Shown: positions 42,101 to 54,089 of the stretch, piece by piece
Position numbering within the stretch: the first letter of the stretch is position 1
How the letters are laid out: every line of letters starts with the position of its first letter
NCBI GenBank assembly: GCA_963750165.1
Contig: CAVVPN010000011.1
Location: 1,472,001-1,536,000, forward strand
Reading direction: 5' to 3'
From: an uncultured Gemmataceae bacterium
Lineage (GTDB): Bacteria; Planctomycetota; Planctomycetia; Gemmatales; Gemmataceae
DNA length: 64,000 bases
The notes under the pieces: generated by a model
The model's input: the letters and a program-made list of their open reading frames with translations, nothing else
What the model was told of the DNA's origin: nothing
The model's database searches: none
Made by a program: the position numbers and the translations under genes

Positions 42101-45100
42101 CGATCAGCGCCTGGGTCGTCTCGTTCAGGACCGAGAGGTTGAACGACCCGGCCACGCCCAGCAGCAGCGAGGCCGAGGCCCCCACCGCCAGCGGCTCAAC
42201 GTCCTCGGTCGCGATCGCCGTCACCGCCACGCCGAGGATGGCACGCGTGTTCCCGTCCGCGTCCGCCGGCACGTCGGTCGTTCCCTGGTTGCCGCGGGCG
42301 CGGACGTCGGCCCCGGTTGCGATCTTGGCCACGGTGTGGTCGTCATCGACGACGATTGAGCCGGCGGCGCCGATGCCCCCGGCCAGGCCGAACCCGGCCG
42401 CCCCCGCCACGGGATGGAAGGTCGCGTTCGTGGTGGCCTGCACGATGACGTTGCCGTCGGCCACTACCTTCCCACCGATCGACGCCTGCGTCGTGGCGCC
42501 GGTGTTGAGCAGCGCCACCGACCCGGCCACGGCCAGCCCGAACGCCGCCGCGGTGCCCCCGGCGACCGCGTTCTGAGAGTCGTCGTTGTTCGCCTGGACG
42601 AAGACGTGGTTGAGCACCGTCACGCTGGCACCGGGGTCGATGTGGGCCTGGATCGACTTGCCGAGCACGTCGCCGGCCGCGGCGGCGCCGACGCCGACGA
42701 GGTCGGCCCCGGCGTAACTGCCCGCGACGCTCAGGGTGGTGGTGGTTTGCGCGGCGCTGACGCGCACGTCCTGTTCGGCGTTGGCCCCGGGGTTGGCGAC
42801 CGTGACTTGGGCGCCCTGGCCGATGGACGCGTCTACCGTGCTGTCCATCCGGTTGGCGGTGGCCGAGGCGTTCAGGCCGGCCTGGTCCGCGGTGGCCGAA
42901 CCGGAGGAATACCCCAGCAGGGTGTCGGTGGCCGTCGCGCTCGACGAGGACCTGCTGCGGGGCGCCCAGGTTGCTGCCCAGGGCGGCGTCCACGACGGCG
43001 CTGCCGATGGAGGCGGACACGTTGCGCTGGATGTTCGGCGTCGAGAGCGACAGGCCAATGCTGCCGAACCCGCTGGAGGCGTTGGCGCCGACGATCCCGG
43101 TCAGGTTCGTCCTGTCGTCGGCGGTGACGTCCACGCTGCGGTTGGTGTGGACGGTGGCGCCGTCGTCGATGTAGGCCTTCACGAAGCCGCCGGCCGTGAC
43201 CGCGCCCACGGCGCCGGCCGCGCCAATCGCGGGGATCGAGTCGCCGGCGACCACGTCGGGGTGGCCGTCGTTGTCCACGTCGCCGATGGCGATGGCCCGG
43301 GTGGCGTCGGCGTCGCTGCTGATGCTGGACCCGCTGCCGAAGTTCCCGGTCCCGTCGCCGAGGTAAATCTGGTTCGTCGTGAACAGGTTCCCGGTCACCA
43401 GGTCGAGGTTGCCGTCGCCGTTCATGTCCTCCAGCGCGACGGCCTGGGTGAGCGGGCCGATGTCGCTGATGGTGGTCCCGGGGCCGAAGGTGCCGTCGCC
43501 GTTGTTCAGGTACAGCCGGCTCCCCGTCGCGGTGTTGCCGGTGACGATGTCGAGGTGACCGTCGTGGTTGACGTCCCCGATCGCCAGCGACCGGGTGATG
43601 AACTGATCGGGGCTGAGGTCCACGCCCGCGGAAAACGACCCGCTGCCGTCGCCGAAGTAGATGCGCATGGCGCCGCCGAACGCGTACTGGTCGGCGAGGT
43701 TCTGCAGGTTGAGCCGCTGCTGGTCCAGGTCGGCCAGGCTCAGCAGTTTTTTCTGCACCAGGTCGGCCAGCGACACGATCCCCGAGTCGATCAGTTTGCG
43801 CAGGTCGATCGGTTGCGAGAGCAGGTTGTTGGCATCGACAAGCCCGGCGTCGATGAGGTTCTGGATGGTCGTGAGCTGCGAGCCCAGGAGGTCGCCAAGC
43901 GTCACGGTCGGGACCGCCAGGCTGCCCGGGGTGATGAGGTTCTTTCGGGCCAGTTGGTTGAGGGTGACCAGTCCCGAATTGACGAGGTCCTGCAGCGACA
44001 CCTGGCCGGCCATGTTGATCAGGTTGTCGGCGATCAGCTGCGCCTGCGTCACCAGCCCCGACGCCGTCAGGTCGCTGGCGTTGAGCGGCGTGTTACTGAA
44101 ATCCTGGAGCTTGAGCAGCCCGACGCGGATCAGGTCCTGGAACGGCGCGATGCCCTTGTCCACCAAATCCTGGACCGTCAGCGGCGCCAGCGGGTCGAAG
44201 CCGAACGCATTGGTCAGCCCCTTCTCGACCAGGTCGGTCAGGGAAACCAGTCCGCTCTTGGCGAGATCGACCAGGTTGATGATGGTGTTGTCCAGGAAAT
44301 CGGTCACGCGCACCAGCCCCTGCTGGACCAGCGCGCCCAGGTCGAAGCCGATGTTGGCGACCACCAGGTCGAGGTTGCCGTCGCCGTTGAGGTCGGCCAG
44401 GGCCACCGCGGTGGTGTAGCCCACGTCGGGCGAGACGTCGCGGGCCACGCCGAAACGCTGGACGCCGGGGGCGAGGACATTCGTGCCGGCGTTCAGGTAG
44501 ACGCGGGCGTGCTGGCTCAGGTTGCCCACCACCAGGTCCGGGAAGCCGTCGCCGTTCAGGTCGCCGACGGCGACCGACGTGGTCAGGTCCGCGTCCGAGA
44601 AGTTGAGTTGCAGCACCAGCGGCATGCCGCCGTCGGTCACCAGGCGGCCGGCCCGGCGCGCGGCGGCGAGCTGCGTCTCCACGGCGCTGGGGTCGCCCAG
44701 CTGGTGCAGCGTGAAACTGATGGCCCGGGTCGTGGGATCGACGTGGGCCTGGATCGCCCCGGCCGCGCCGCCACCGAGCGCCGCGATCAGCCCGGCGTTG
44801 ACGGCGGCCTGCACCGTATTCTGGAGGCCGGGCACGTCGGGACTGGTCCCCGCCGCCAGCATGACGTGGACCGCCGTGCCGTCGTAGGTGAGCGTCACCG
44901 TGACCGGGGCGGTAATGGTCAACCCGTTCTGGACCCCGGCAATGGCGCTCTCGGCCTGGGCCGCCCCGTCCAGGGTGTGGGCCGGGAGTTGGAACACGAT
45001 CCGGCCGCTGCCGTCCAGCACCACCTGAATGTCCCCGGCGTTGCCGGCGTGCGCGGCGACGAGCGTGTCATCGACGCGCTTTTGCAGGTTGGCGACCAGC

Positions 45101-48100
45101 CCCTGGGCGGTCGCGTTGACGAGCAGGGCGGCGTCGTCGGGGTTGCCGCCGTCGAAGGTGACCGTGATCGTGGTGCCGTCGTAGGTGAGCGGGAACGACA
45201 GCATGTTGGTCATCGGGTCGGTCAGCAGCACGCCGTCGCGCCGGGCGGCGGCGAGCGCGTCCTCCGCCGCCGCGGCGTCGAGGATGCGGCCGGTGGCGGT
45301 GAGCTGGATGCGGCCGTTGACGTCCGTGGCCGTGACGGTCCCCGGCAGGATGCCCTGCGCCTGCAACTGGGTATCAACCGCCTGCTGGACCTCGGTGACG
45401 AGGTCGGCGGCGGTGACGTTGTTGGCGGCGTCGCCCGGCTGGATCGTCACGGGCAGGGTGCCGACGCCGATGTCCTCCCCGGCGGTGGGGAAGTTGCCCG
45501 TGCCGTCGTTGAGGTACAGCCGGTTGGCCTGGCCGAGGTTGCCGGCGATCACGTCCTGGTAGCCGTCGCCGTTGACGTCGGCCAGCGCGATCGCCAGCGT
45601 CAGGTCGGGCACCAGGGCGTTGGCGGTGAACGACGGGACGGACAGGTCGCCCAGGGCGCCGAAGAAACTGCCGATCTCCTTGCCCGGGCCGAACGCGCCG
45701 GTGCCGTCGTTGAGGTAGCTGCGGTTGAACTGCGCGAAGTTGCCGGTGACGAGGTCGAGGTGGCCGTCGTTGTTGAGGTCGCCCAGCGCCACCGCGGTGG
45801 TGAGCGTGTCGCGGCCGCCGGCGTCCTCGCCGGCGACGCCGGCGAACGGGTCCGGTTGGCCGCTGTTGCGGTACAGCCGGTTCTGCGGCCCCGCGCCGCC
45901 GTCCGCCGTGGCCGCGGACACCGACAGCACGTTCTCGACCGTGGCGGCGTTGGGGTGCAGGTCGTTCGGGGTGGTCACGTCGGCCGCGGAGCCGACGAAG
46001 GCGTTGGCCCCGTTCTGGATGGTGCCCAGGTCGAGTGCGGCGCCGACGGCGAGGAAGCCGACGTTACTGGCCGACGAGGCCCCGGCGCTCGAAACCGATT
46101 GCAGGTTGCCTTCCGCGTCGATGACGATGTTGTTGCCGGCGACCGCCACGGTGCCCGCGCCGAGGGCGGCCTCGGTCAGGGTGTTGGCCGTGGTGTCGTT
46201 CACCGACCCGGCCACGGCGATGCTCGCCTTGGTCCCGGCGCCGCCGTCGGAGAAGGTCAGCAGCGTGTCGTTGGCGGTCGCCTGGGTGGTGATGTCGTCG
46301 GCGTTGAGCCGGGTGTATTCGGTGTAGGCCCGCGTCAGCGCGTCGATCCCGTTGTTCGCGAAGGCGCCGCCGATGCCGAAGTGGTTGCCGAACGCCACGG
46401 CGCCGGCCGACGCCGATGTCACCGGCGTGTCGGTCGCCTGGACGTTGATCGCGTCGCCGGCGCTGACGAGCGCCGGGTCGCGGATGAACGCCTGCACGCC
46501 GTACGTCAGCGAGTTGTAGGCGACGTCCCCGGAAACGCCGACGCCGAACTCCAGGCCGTTGTACTGCTCGGCCGCCCCGCCCAGGTCCTGCAGCGCCCCG
46601 GCCGACGAGGCGCCGGAGGCCGACACGGTAAACGTCTGCTGCGTCGAGTGCGCGTCCAGCGCCACGTCGTGGGTCGCGGTGACCTGGCCGGTGACTCCGC
46701 CGGTGCCGCCCGGCCCGACGGCCCCGGCGGGGTCGCCGATGAACGCATTCGTCTTGCTGCGGCCGTCGGACGCGGGGTCGTCGAGGGTGCCGGGTTGGCG
46801 GTCCACGGTGACCGCCGCGGACCCCCCGACGCCGACATCGTGCCCGACCACCACGCCGCCGACCGCGTTGACGACCGCCCCGGCGTTCTCGGCGGTCAGG
46901 CGCACGTCGCGGCCGGCGTTGACCCGGGCGCGGTCGTCGATGTAGGCCAGGGACTCGTGCCCCAGCACCACCAGGCCGAAGCCGCCGGCGACGGCAGCGG
47001 TCGAGCCGACGGTGCCGCCCTGGACGACGCTGAGCACGTCGTTGGTGGTCAGCGAGTGGACCGTCACGTCGCGCGCCGCCTGCACCGCGGCGCGGTCGCC
47101 GACGGAAGCGTCGGCGTAGTTGTCCAGGAACAGCCCGTTGAAGAAGGCGCCGACGGCCGCGGTGGGGCCACCCAGCGTCCCCGGATCGACCCCCCCGAGG
47201 CTGGTGGTCTGCACCGTCCCGGTGGCGTCCAAAGTGACGTCCTGGTCCGCGGCCGCTGCCAGGCCGCGCTGGTTCACACGCGCCCCGGGGGCGATGCCGG
47301 AGGCGCCGTGGTTGTAAATGTCGAGGTAGCCGACGCCGCCGGCGACCGTCGCCGCGCCGTCGGGGGCATCCCCCCCGGCATCGACAAAACTGGTGCCGTA
47401 GGGCGTGCCGGCCGCCGCGAACGGGGCCAGGTGCGCGTTGACCGGCTGCAGGGCGGCGGCCACCGAGGCGGCCACCGCGTTGGCGTCGCTGTACTGCTGC
47501 GTGATCTGGTTGGTGCTCGCCCCCTGGCCGATGGCCGGGAGCGTCACCGCCGGCACGAACGGCGTGACCGGGTTGGTGACGGTGGCGTTGGCGGTGACAT
47601 GAATGGCGTGCGTCACGTCCACGTTGGCGTTGTTGCCGATGAACGCCGTCGCCTGGTTGCTGACGCGCGACCACGACACGGCCCCGCCAATGCCGACGAC
47701 GTCGGCGCCCGACGCCTGGCCCACGGCACTGGTCTGGAAGTGCTCTTCCGCCGTCGAGTCCACCGTCAGCGTCCCGCCCACCACCACGAACGCGCCGTCG
47801 TCGATCAGCGCCGCCGCCGTGTTCTCGCTCTCGACCAGTACGACGGCCGCCGCCACCGCCGCGTCGGGCCGGCCGCTGTTGGGGTCGATCGTCTTGCCGT
47901 CCACCAGCACTGACAGGTCGATGCCGGCGAGGAAGCCCTTCAATGCGTCGAGGATGGCCCCCGGCAGGATCGGCTCCTGCACCTTGGCGGACGCCCCCGA
48001 CTCGTTGTCGAGGTTGAGCGACTGCGCTCGCACGGTCAGGTCGCCGCTGACGTTCACGTTCCCGGCCACGGTCGCGTTCGCGGACGACTGGTAGCTGCCG

Positions 48101-51100
48101 AGCACCAGCGCCGAGCCGACCCCGACGCTCTGGCTGCCCGGGAAGCCCGCGGACATGGCGACGTTGAGGATGTGGTTGGTGTTCACCGCCAGGATGGTGG
48201 CGTTCTGGGCCTGGAGGTTGGCCCCGGCCTGGATGTCCGCGTTCGACCGGGCCTGGCCCTTGCCGAACGAGACCGAGACGTTCGCCACGTCGCCCAGGTC
48301 GGGCACGAGGGTCATCACCGTCAGGTTATTCTCCGCGGTCGATTGCACGGTGAGGGTGCGGCCCGCGTTGACCGTGGCGCCGTTCGCCACCGTGACCTGC
48401 GACTGCGGCGACGAACTGGCGTAGGTGATCCCGAAATACTTGCTGCGCGTGGTGATGTCCGCCTCGGCGAGGGCGTCGGCGCTGAGGGTCACGTCCTCGT
48501 CGGCCAGCAGCTGCGCCCGGCGCGCACGGCGATGTTCGCGTTCGCGGAGGCGAAGACGGCCGCGGCGAAGCTGTTGACCGTGATCGGGTCCGCCTCGGTG
48601 ATCTGCTGGCCGAGGCCCGACGGCATCATCGGGTCGAGGTCGCCGGCGACGACGGCCGACTTGTGGGTGGTCGCCTGGCCCGTCAGGGTCACGTCGTGCC
48701 CGGTGATCAGGGCACCAGCGCCCACGTCAATCGAGGTGTTTGCGGCCGCGCCGCGGAACGTGGCGCCGTCGATGCCGTAGGACCAGCTGAGGTCCGTCGC
48801 TTGCGTGGCGGTGAAGGTCACGTTCCCCGCCGCGAACCCGCCGGTGGCGCCGGCCAGGATGGCGGCGCCGGCGCCGACCAGGATTTCCGGGGCGGTGAAG
48901 CTGACGGACCCGGAGGCCGCGACCGACGGGGCCGTGCGCGGGTCGGCCCCGCCGGCGACCTGGCGCGTGGAGATCACCACGTTGGGGTCCACCGTGATGT
49001 TGCCGGCCGTGACGGTGAGGTTCAGCAAGCCGAGCCCGCCGACGGGGCCGACGAAGCGGACCTGGTGCCCGGGGTCGTTCAGGATGAGCGATTCGGGGCC
49101 GGCACCGTCACCGGTGATGCTGGTGATGACCACGTCGGTGGTGAAGTCCAGTTCCAGGTCGCCGCTGACGATGATCGACATGCCCGCCGGCGGGGCTACT
49201 ATCGGGGGCGGGACAAACGGCGTGACCAGGGGCGGAATCGTCGAGGTTGGCGTGATGCCGCCCGGCACGCTGTTCGGGTCCGTCGCGGGGGCGTCCCCCA
49301 GGTCCGGGAAATTCACCGCACCGTCCTGCCAGTCCAGGAACAGGGTCCGGAACACGGGCCGCAGCGTGGCGCTCTGCCAGAGCGGGAAGTTGCCGCCGCC
49401 GGTCTGACCGTTGAGGTCCTGCCAGTTGTGGTCGCCTTCGCTGGAGACCAGCCACGGCCCGACGACCCCCGGGACCTGCAGAGTGGTGGTGAGGACGTTG
49501 CCGCCGTTGTCGCCGTTGACGTTCAGCAGGGACCAGTCATATGGGGCGGCCGGCGGGGTCCCGAGGTCGGTCAGCGTGTTGTTCACCAGCAGACTGAGCT
49601 GGTGGTCGCCGGTCGCCGCCCCGCCGACCGGGGTTTCGGAGAGCAGGGCGATCTTCGACAGTTGCACGGCGTCGGCGTACGCGGCGAATTTGGTCGGGTC
49701 GAACTCGACGTCCGGGCCGAGGTCCACCGAAGCGGTGCCGAAGTAGGTGACCCCGGGAATGTTCTGCAGCGCGGCCTTGGCCGAGTCGCTCAGCGCGACG
49801 CCGTGGACGCCCAGGTAAGCGTCCAGCTTGGCGTGGTCGCCCGGCTGGAAGACGGAAATGGTTTGCGAGCCGATGGTGACGGACTGGACGTCCATCTTGT
49901 CCGGCAGGCTGGAGAGCATGGTGAGCTGATCGGCGCTGAGGCCGTAGCGGTCCTGGATGATGTCCTGGGCGAACTGCCGGGGGACCACGTTGAGCTGGCC
50001 GAGGGCCTGGCTGATCGGGTTCAGCGCCAGCCCGAGGGGGCCGATGATGTTGTCGTCGATCGTCTGGGCGTACCCCTGCAACAGGGGTGCGAGCTGGGTG
50101 ATCTGGCTGGGGATGCCGAGCATCGGTTCCAGGTGTTGCGTGGTGAACGAGTCGCTGTTGTCGCCGTCGCCGTTGGGGTCGTCCAGGTCGCTCACCAGCG
50201 CGTCGAGGACGCCCACCCCGTCCTCCACGTTGCCGCGCGCGGAATCCACGTCGTTGCCGGTGGCCTGCGCGGTCTGGTTCTGCAGGTCGCGGAGCGACTG
50301 CGCGTCGAAGAGCGCGCGGCGCTGGCCAGGCCGACGTCGGCCCAGTCCTGGAGGCCGGCGTCGATCTGGCTGCTCCAGTTGCGGAGGTAGGCGATGTAGA
50401 GTTCGGCGCTTTGCTGCGGCGACGGCGGCGTCGGCAACTGGGCGGTGAGGTTGGCGAGCACCGCGTTGAAGTTGGTGCTCGGGGCGACGCCGTACAGGGC
50501 CTGGTACGCGGTGGTCGCGAGGTCCGCCTGGGTGTCGAGGGTTCGCTGCAGGCTGAGGAACTGATCGAGCAGGGCGCCGCGGCTGCCCTGGGTGACCAGG
50601 GCCTCATCGCCGGTGCCCGTCGCGTCCCCCGCCGTGAGCGTTTCCTGGACGGTGAGCGTGAGCGCGGTCACGGCGGTGACGGTGTACTTACCGTTGTTGT
50701 TGTTGAACCCGAAGCCGTAGATTTGCTGACCGACCGCGAAGTGATCGTCCAGGAAGCTCCCGGAGGTGCGCTCGAAGGAGTTCGTCGCCAGGTTGACGGA
50801 GAGGGTCGTGCGCCCGGTGTCGGCGGCCGCGGTCGGGTCCCCCGGGAAGGGCGTGATTAGCGTCTCGTAGACGAACCGCGTCGGCACGTCGAGGGTGATG
50901 CCCGGCGTCGCGGTGTCGCTGACGTCGCCGTCGGGCAGCACGGTGCGGCTGGCGTCCGCATCGAACCCCGGCGTGGCGTCGGCGACGTACCCCTCCACCA
51001 GGATCTGACGGACGGTGCTGGCCAGGTCGGTGTTGTTTCCGGCGCCACCGGAGAACTCGTTGACCAGCGTCTGGTAGAAGGTGTTGGACGCGGCGTTCGT

Positions 51101-51600
51101 CGCGTAGCCGTAGGCGAAGGCGAGGATCTGCAGTTGCTCCTGGGGGGTGTACGAGGGGTCCTTCTGGGCCGCCCAGGCCATGTCGAGCATCCGCTGCACC
51201 CAGACGCCGGTGTCGGTGGCGCCGATGACGCCTTGCCCGTAGGTGGGGTCGGGGAAGCCGTCCGTCCCGACGGCACCGGCGTAGTAGTACGACGGATAAT
51301 TCGTGAGCGCGGCGAGCACCCTGGGGTCAACGGTGTACGGGTGCCCGGCGATGTCCAGGTGGCCATTCTGGAGCAGGTCGGTGCGGACGTCCTTGGCGAT
51401 TTCGACGAGGGTGTAGGACTGGCTGGCCAGTATCCCCAGGGCGCGCCCGGGTCGGCGTTGAGCAGGATGCGGTCTTCCAGGCGCTCGACCAGGAGCAACG
51501 CTCCTGGGCGGAACGCCTGCAGGCGCGGGCGGCCTTGCTCCCGGGTCTTCGTCCTCTGGGTACGGATTTTCGACGACCGGCGCCACCAGTTGTGCAACAT
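24159..51600 (-). CDS. Giant (~9,100 aa) secreted adhesin-like protein. Parts: LEPR-XLL export motif, Zn-PLC-like domain, LktA-like Gly/Ala beta-helical repeats, FG-GAP repeats, FCCH-like modules, RTX Ca-binding repeats, C-terminal zincin motif. About 9 apparent frameshifts
   Basis: Consecutive minus-strand ORFs (50857-51600, 50192-51586, 48489-50249, 42343-48492, 40701-43058 with 41803-42072, 36445-40677, 36116-36712, 24159-36203) join at single-base shifts and keep repeat register. Motifs VERLEDRILL, DLNGDG.LDLVV, GGAGNDRLDGG and VMHELGH. Confidence 0.8.
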
Positions 51601-51815
51601 GGGGATTGTCCTTTCCGACGATCAGTGGAAGGAGTTTACACAGTGAGGGGGAGTATCTCCGTTGCTTGTTTGCATCGGCGAGAGGGAACGGAGCACCCTC
51701 CCCTGGCGTTCACGAGTTGAAGTTTCAGGAGCAAGGAATCGGCGCAGGGGGGAACTCTGGGCGTGGCATCCCCCGTGCGGGCTGACGGCGCGACCGGCGA
51801 CGACTGCCGCTCCCG

Positions 51816-52544
51816 TCAGGTTTTTCGTGGTTTGCGGCGTGCCAGGCGGTAGGCCTGGAGGCCCGCACAGGCCACGGCACCCAGGATGAGGGAGGACGGC
51901 TCCGGGGCGGCCGGGGAGCTGCCCCCGAGCCGGGTGTAGGTCAAATTGTCCAGCCCGACAAAAGAGTTGCTCAGCTGGAAGGCGACGATGTCGTTCGTGT
52001 TGTCGCTGATGCCACGGAACGCACCGGCGTTGGTCGAAGTAGGGCCAGTGCTGATCGGCGCCAGCGTCGTGATGTCGTAGGTTTCCGTGCCGCCGCCGAC
52101 GAGGAGGGCGGTAATGTACACGTCATTAGCCAGCCCAGGTTCGTAATTGATGAAGCCGCCGACCTGGGCAACCGGACCGTTGTTGAACGTGAAGGTGATG
52201 GTCCCGGTCGTTGTGTTCAGGCCGGTAATTCCAAACATGTTCGTGCCGGATTTTGAACCGTTCCAAACTCCGTTTCCGCTTCCGCTCGTCCCGAAGGAGT
52301 AATGCCCATTGGGCCCGACAAACGCGCCCCCGCCCGAGGGGTCGTTGGAACTGGTGAAGGAGATGCTGTCGCCGGCCGGGCCGACCTCTACTACCGGCAC
52401 CGTCGTTTTCAAGAATTGGGTCGTGCTGAACTGGCTGAAATCGACCACCGTCGGCGAGGTGAAGCCGCTTGACGAGGTGATGAGCCCCGCCTGGGCAGGG
52501 CCGGCGCACAGCACGAACAGGACTGGGACAATCGCGAAGCGCAT
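51816..52544 (-). CDS. PEP-CTERM sorting domain surface protein
   Basis: GAGGAG RBS, signal peptide ending AQA, C-terminal APEPSSLILGAVACAGLQAYRLARRK. Confidence 0.88.
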   Translation of the reverse strand: MRFAIVPVLFVLCAGPAQAGLITSSSGFTSPTVVDFSQFSTTQFLKTTVPVVEVGPAGDSISFTSSNDPSGGGAFVGPNGHYSFGTSGSGNGVWNGSKSGTNMFGITGLNTTTGTITFTFNNGPVAQVGGFINYEPGLANDVYITALLVGGGTETYDITTLAPISTGPTSTNAGAFRGISDNTNDIVAFQLSNSFVGLDNLTYTRLGGSSPAAPEPSSLILGAVACAGLQAYRLARRKPRKT

Positions 52545-52703
52545 GGGTGCTCCTCTTGGCAAGTCATGAGAAATTAACGTGCGCCGCAGCGCCAACTTGC
52601 GATCTATCGCATCATTCACAAGAGCCGCAAGGGAAACCGTGACACCTCACGTCCTTCCCCACCGCTGTACAGGGTGGTGAACACGCCTCGGTAGCGGGAC
52701 CAG

Positions 52704-52986
52704 TTGTCCATCAGTTCCTGCCCCAGTGTCCTGGCCACGCCGAAGTCGATCACCTTGACGACCGGCGCGGTGTCGCGTCGGGAAACGATCACGTTGCTCT
52801 TCTTCGGTAATAACTCACCCGGGAAGCGGACGTGTTCGCTTCCCTTCTCCAATGCGAGAAAAGGGCGCGGGCAGCACCAGGATTTTGCCAAACGGTTGGG
52901 AAGGAGGCTCAGGATTCGGCGCCGAAGCCGAGTTCGCGGCGGAGCCAGGCCCGGGTGTAAACCCACAGCCGGTCCGCGCTGCTGGC
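52704..52986 (-). pseudogene. Inverted partial duplicate of the ECF 3' end, intergenic spacer and kinase fragments
   Basis: Reverse complement matches 53916-54103 joined directly to 54698-54793. Confidence 0.85.
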
Positions 52987-53426
52987 CATGTCCGCTCCGC
53001 CAAGGAGGTCGCGCGCCGTCCCTGAGAGAGCGGATGCGGAATGCGCACCTCGCTGCGCATTTTCCTTATCATCAGATCACCTCACTGATCAACACCGGTA
53101 TCCATGTACTGCGCGTCATCGTGCGGTAATAGTGCATCACCGGCTCCAGTAGCACATGGACGTGCAGCCGATCACCGTCGTGCACCGGCACGCCGCGGAC
53201 GCCTTCCCGCACCTGCAGCCAACGGCCCGATTGCGAACGGCGTACCGGAGAAGTCGAAGACATGAGGCTACGCACATGGTAAACTCAGGGGCGGTCTCGG
53301 GGGCTACCAGACCGACTTCGCAGTTCAACAGGCTCGACGCCCACGAACGTTCCCGATGCCGCGGGCCACCCGGGACTGCCTGGAGCAGGGCTGGCCGCCG
53401 GGGCCGCGCATTGCGCGGAGGTGTCG

Positions 53427-53993
53427 ATGAGTGACGTGACCCGCATCCTGTCCGCCATCGAGCACGGCGACCCGCACGCCGCCGCGCAACTGTTGCCGCT
53501 GGTCTACGACGAGCTGCGCACGCTGGCGGTCCAGAAGTTGGCTCAAGAAAAGCCGGGGCAAACCCTGCAAGCGACGGCCCTGGTTCACGAAGCCTACCTG
53601 CGCCTGGTCGGGGACGGGGAGGAACCGCGTTGGGATAATCGCCGCCATTTCTTCGCAGCCGCGGCTGAGGCGATGCGGCGCATCCTCGTCGAGAACGCCC
53701 GCCGCAAAAAGACGCACAAGCATGGTGGCGATCGGCAACGCCAGGACCTGGAGGCCGAAGCCCTTGTTGCACCGGAACCGGAGGTGGACCTGCTCGCCCT
53801 CGACGCAGCGCTGCACCGTTTGGCGGAACAGGACCCGCTCAAGGCCAGGTTCGTCGAGTTGCGCTACTTCGCCGGGCTGACGGGCGACCAGGCGGCCGCG
53901 GACCTGGGGATGAGTGCCAGCAGCGCGGACCGGCTGTGGGTTTACACCCGGGCCTGGCTCCGCCGCGAACTCGGCTTCGGCGCCGAACCCTGA
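53427..53993 (+). CDS. ECF sigma factor, TIGR02999 family (kinase-associated, ECF43-like)
   Basis: MSDVTRILSAIEHGD, LLPLVYDELR, QTLQATALVHEAYLRL and VELRYFAGLT motifs. Confidence 0.93.
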   Translation: MSDVTRILSAIEHGDPHAAAQLLPLVYDELRTLAVQKLAQEKPGQTLQATALVHEAYLRLVGDGEEPRWDNRRHFFAAAAEAMRRILVENARRKKTHKHGGDRQRQDLEAEALVAPEPEVDLLALDAALHRLAEQDPLKARFVELRYFAGLTGDQAAADLGMSASSADRLWVYTRAWLRRELGFGAEP

Positions 53994-54089
53994 GCCCCCT
54001 TTCCAACCGTTTGGCAAAATCCTGGTGCTGCCCGCGCCTTTTCTCGCATTGGAGAAGGGAAGCGAACACGTCCGCTTCCGGGGTGAGTT

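Noticed and set aside
26556..47913. Long plus-strand ORFs (e.g. 42736-47913, 33510-36755, 30090-32147, 26556-28574)
   Set aside because: Antisense shadows of the GC-rich giant gene; Arg/Gly/Val-biased with no recognisable motifs
53072..53275. 67-aa minus-strand ORF containing VPVH (HicA-like?)
   Set aside because: No convincing HicA GSH motif or start, and no antitoxin partner; possibly a gene remnant
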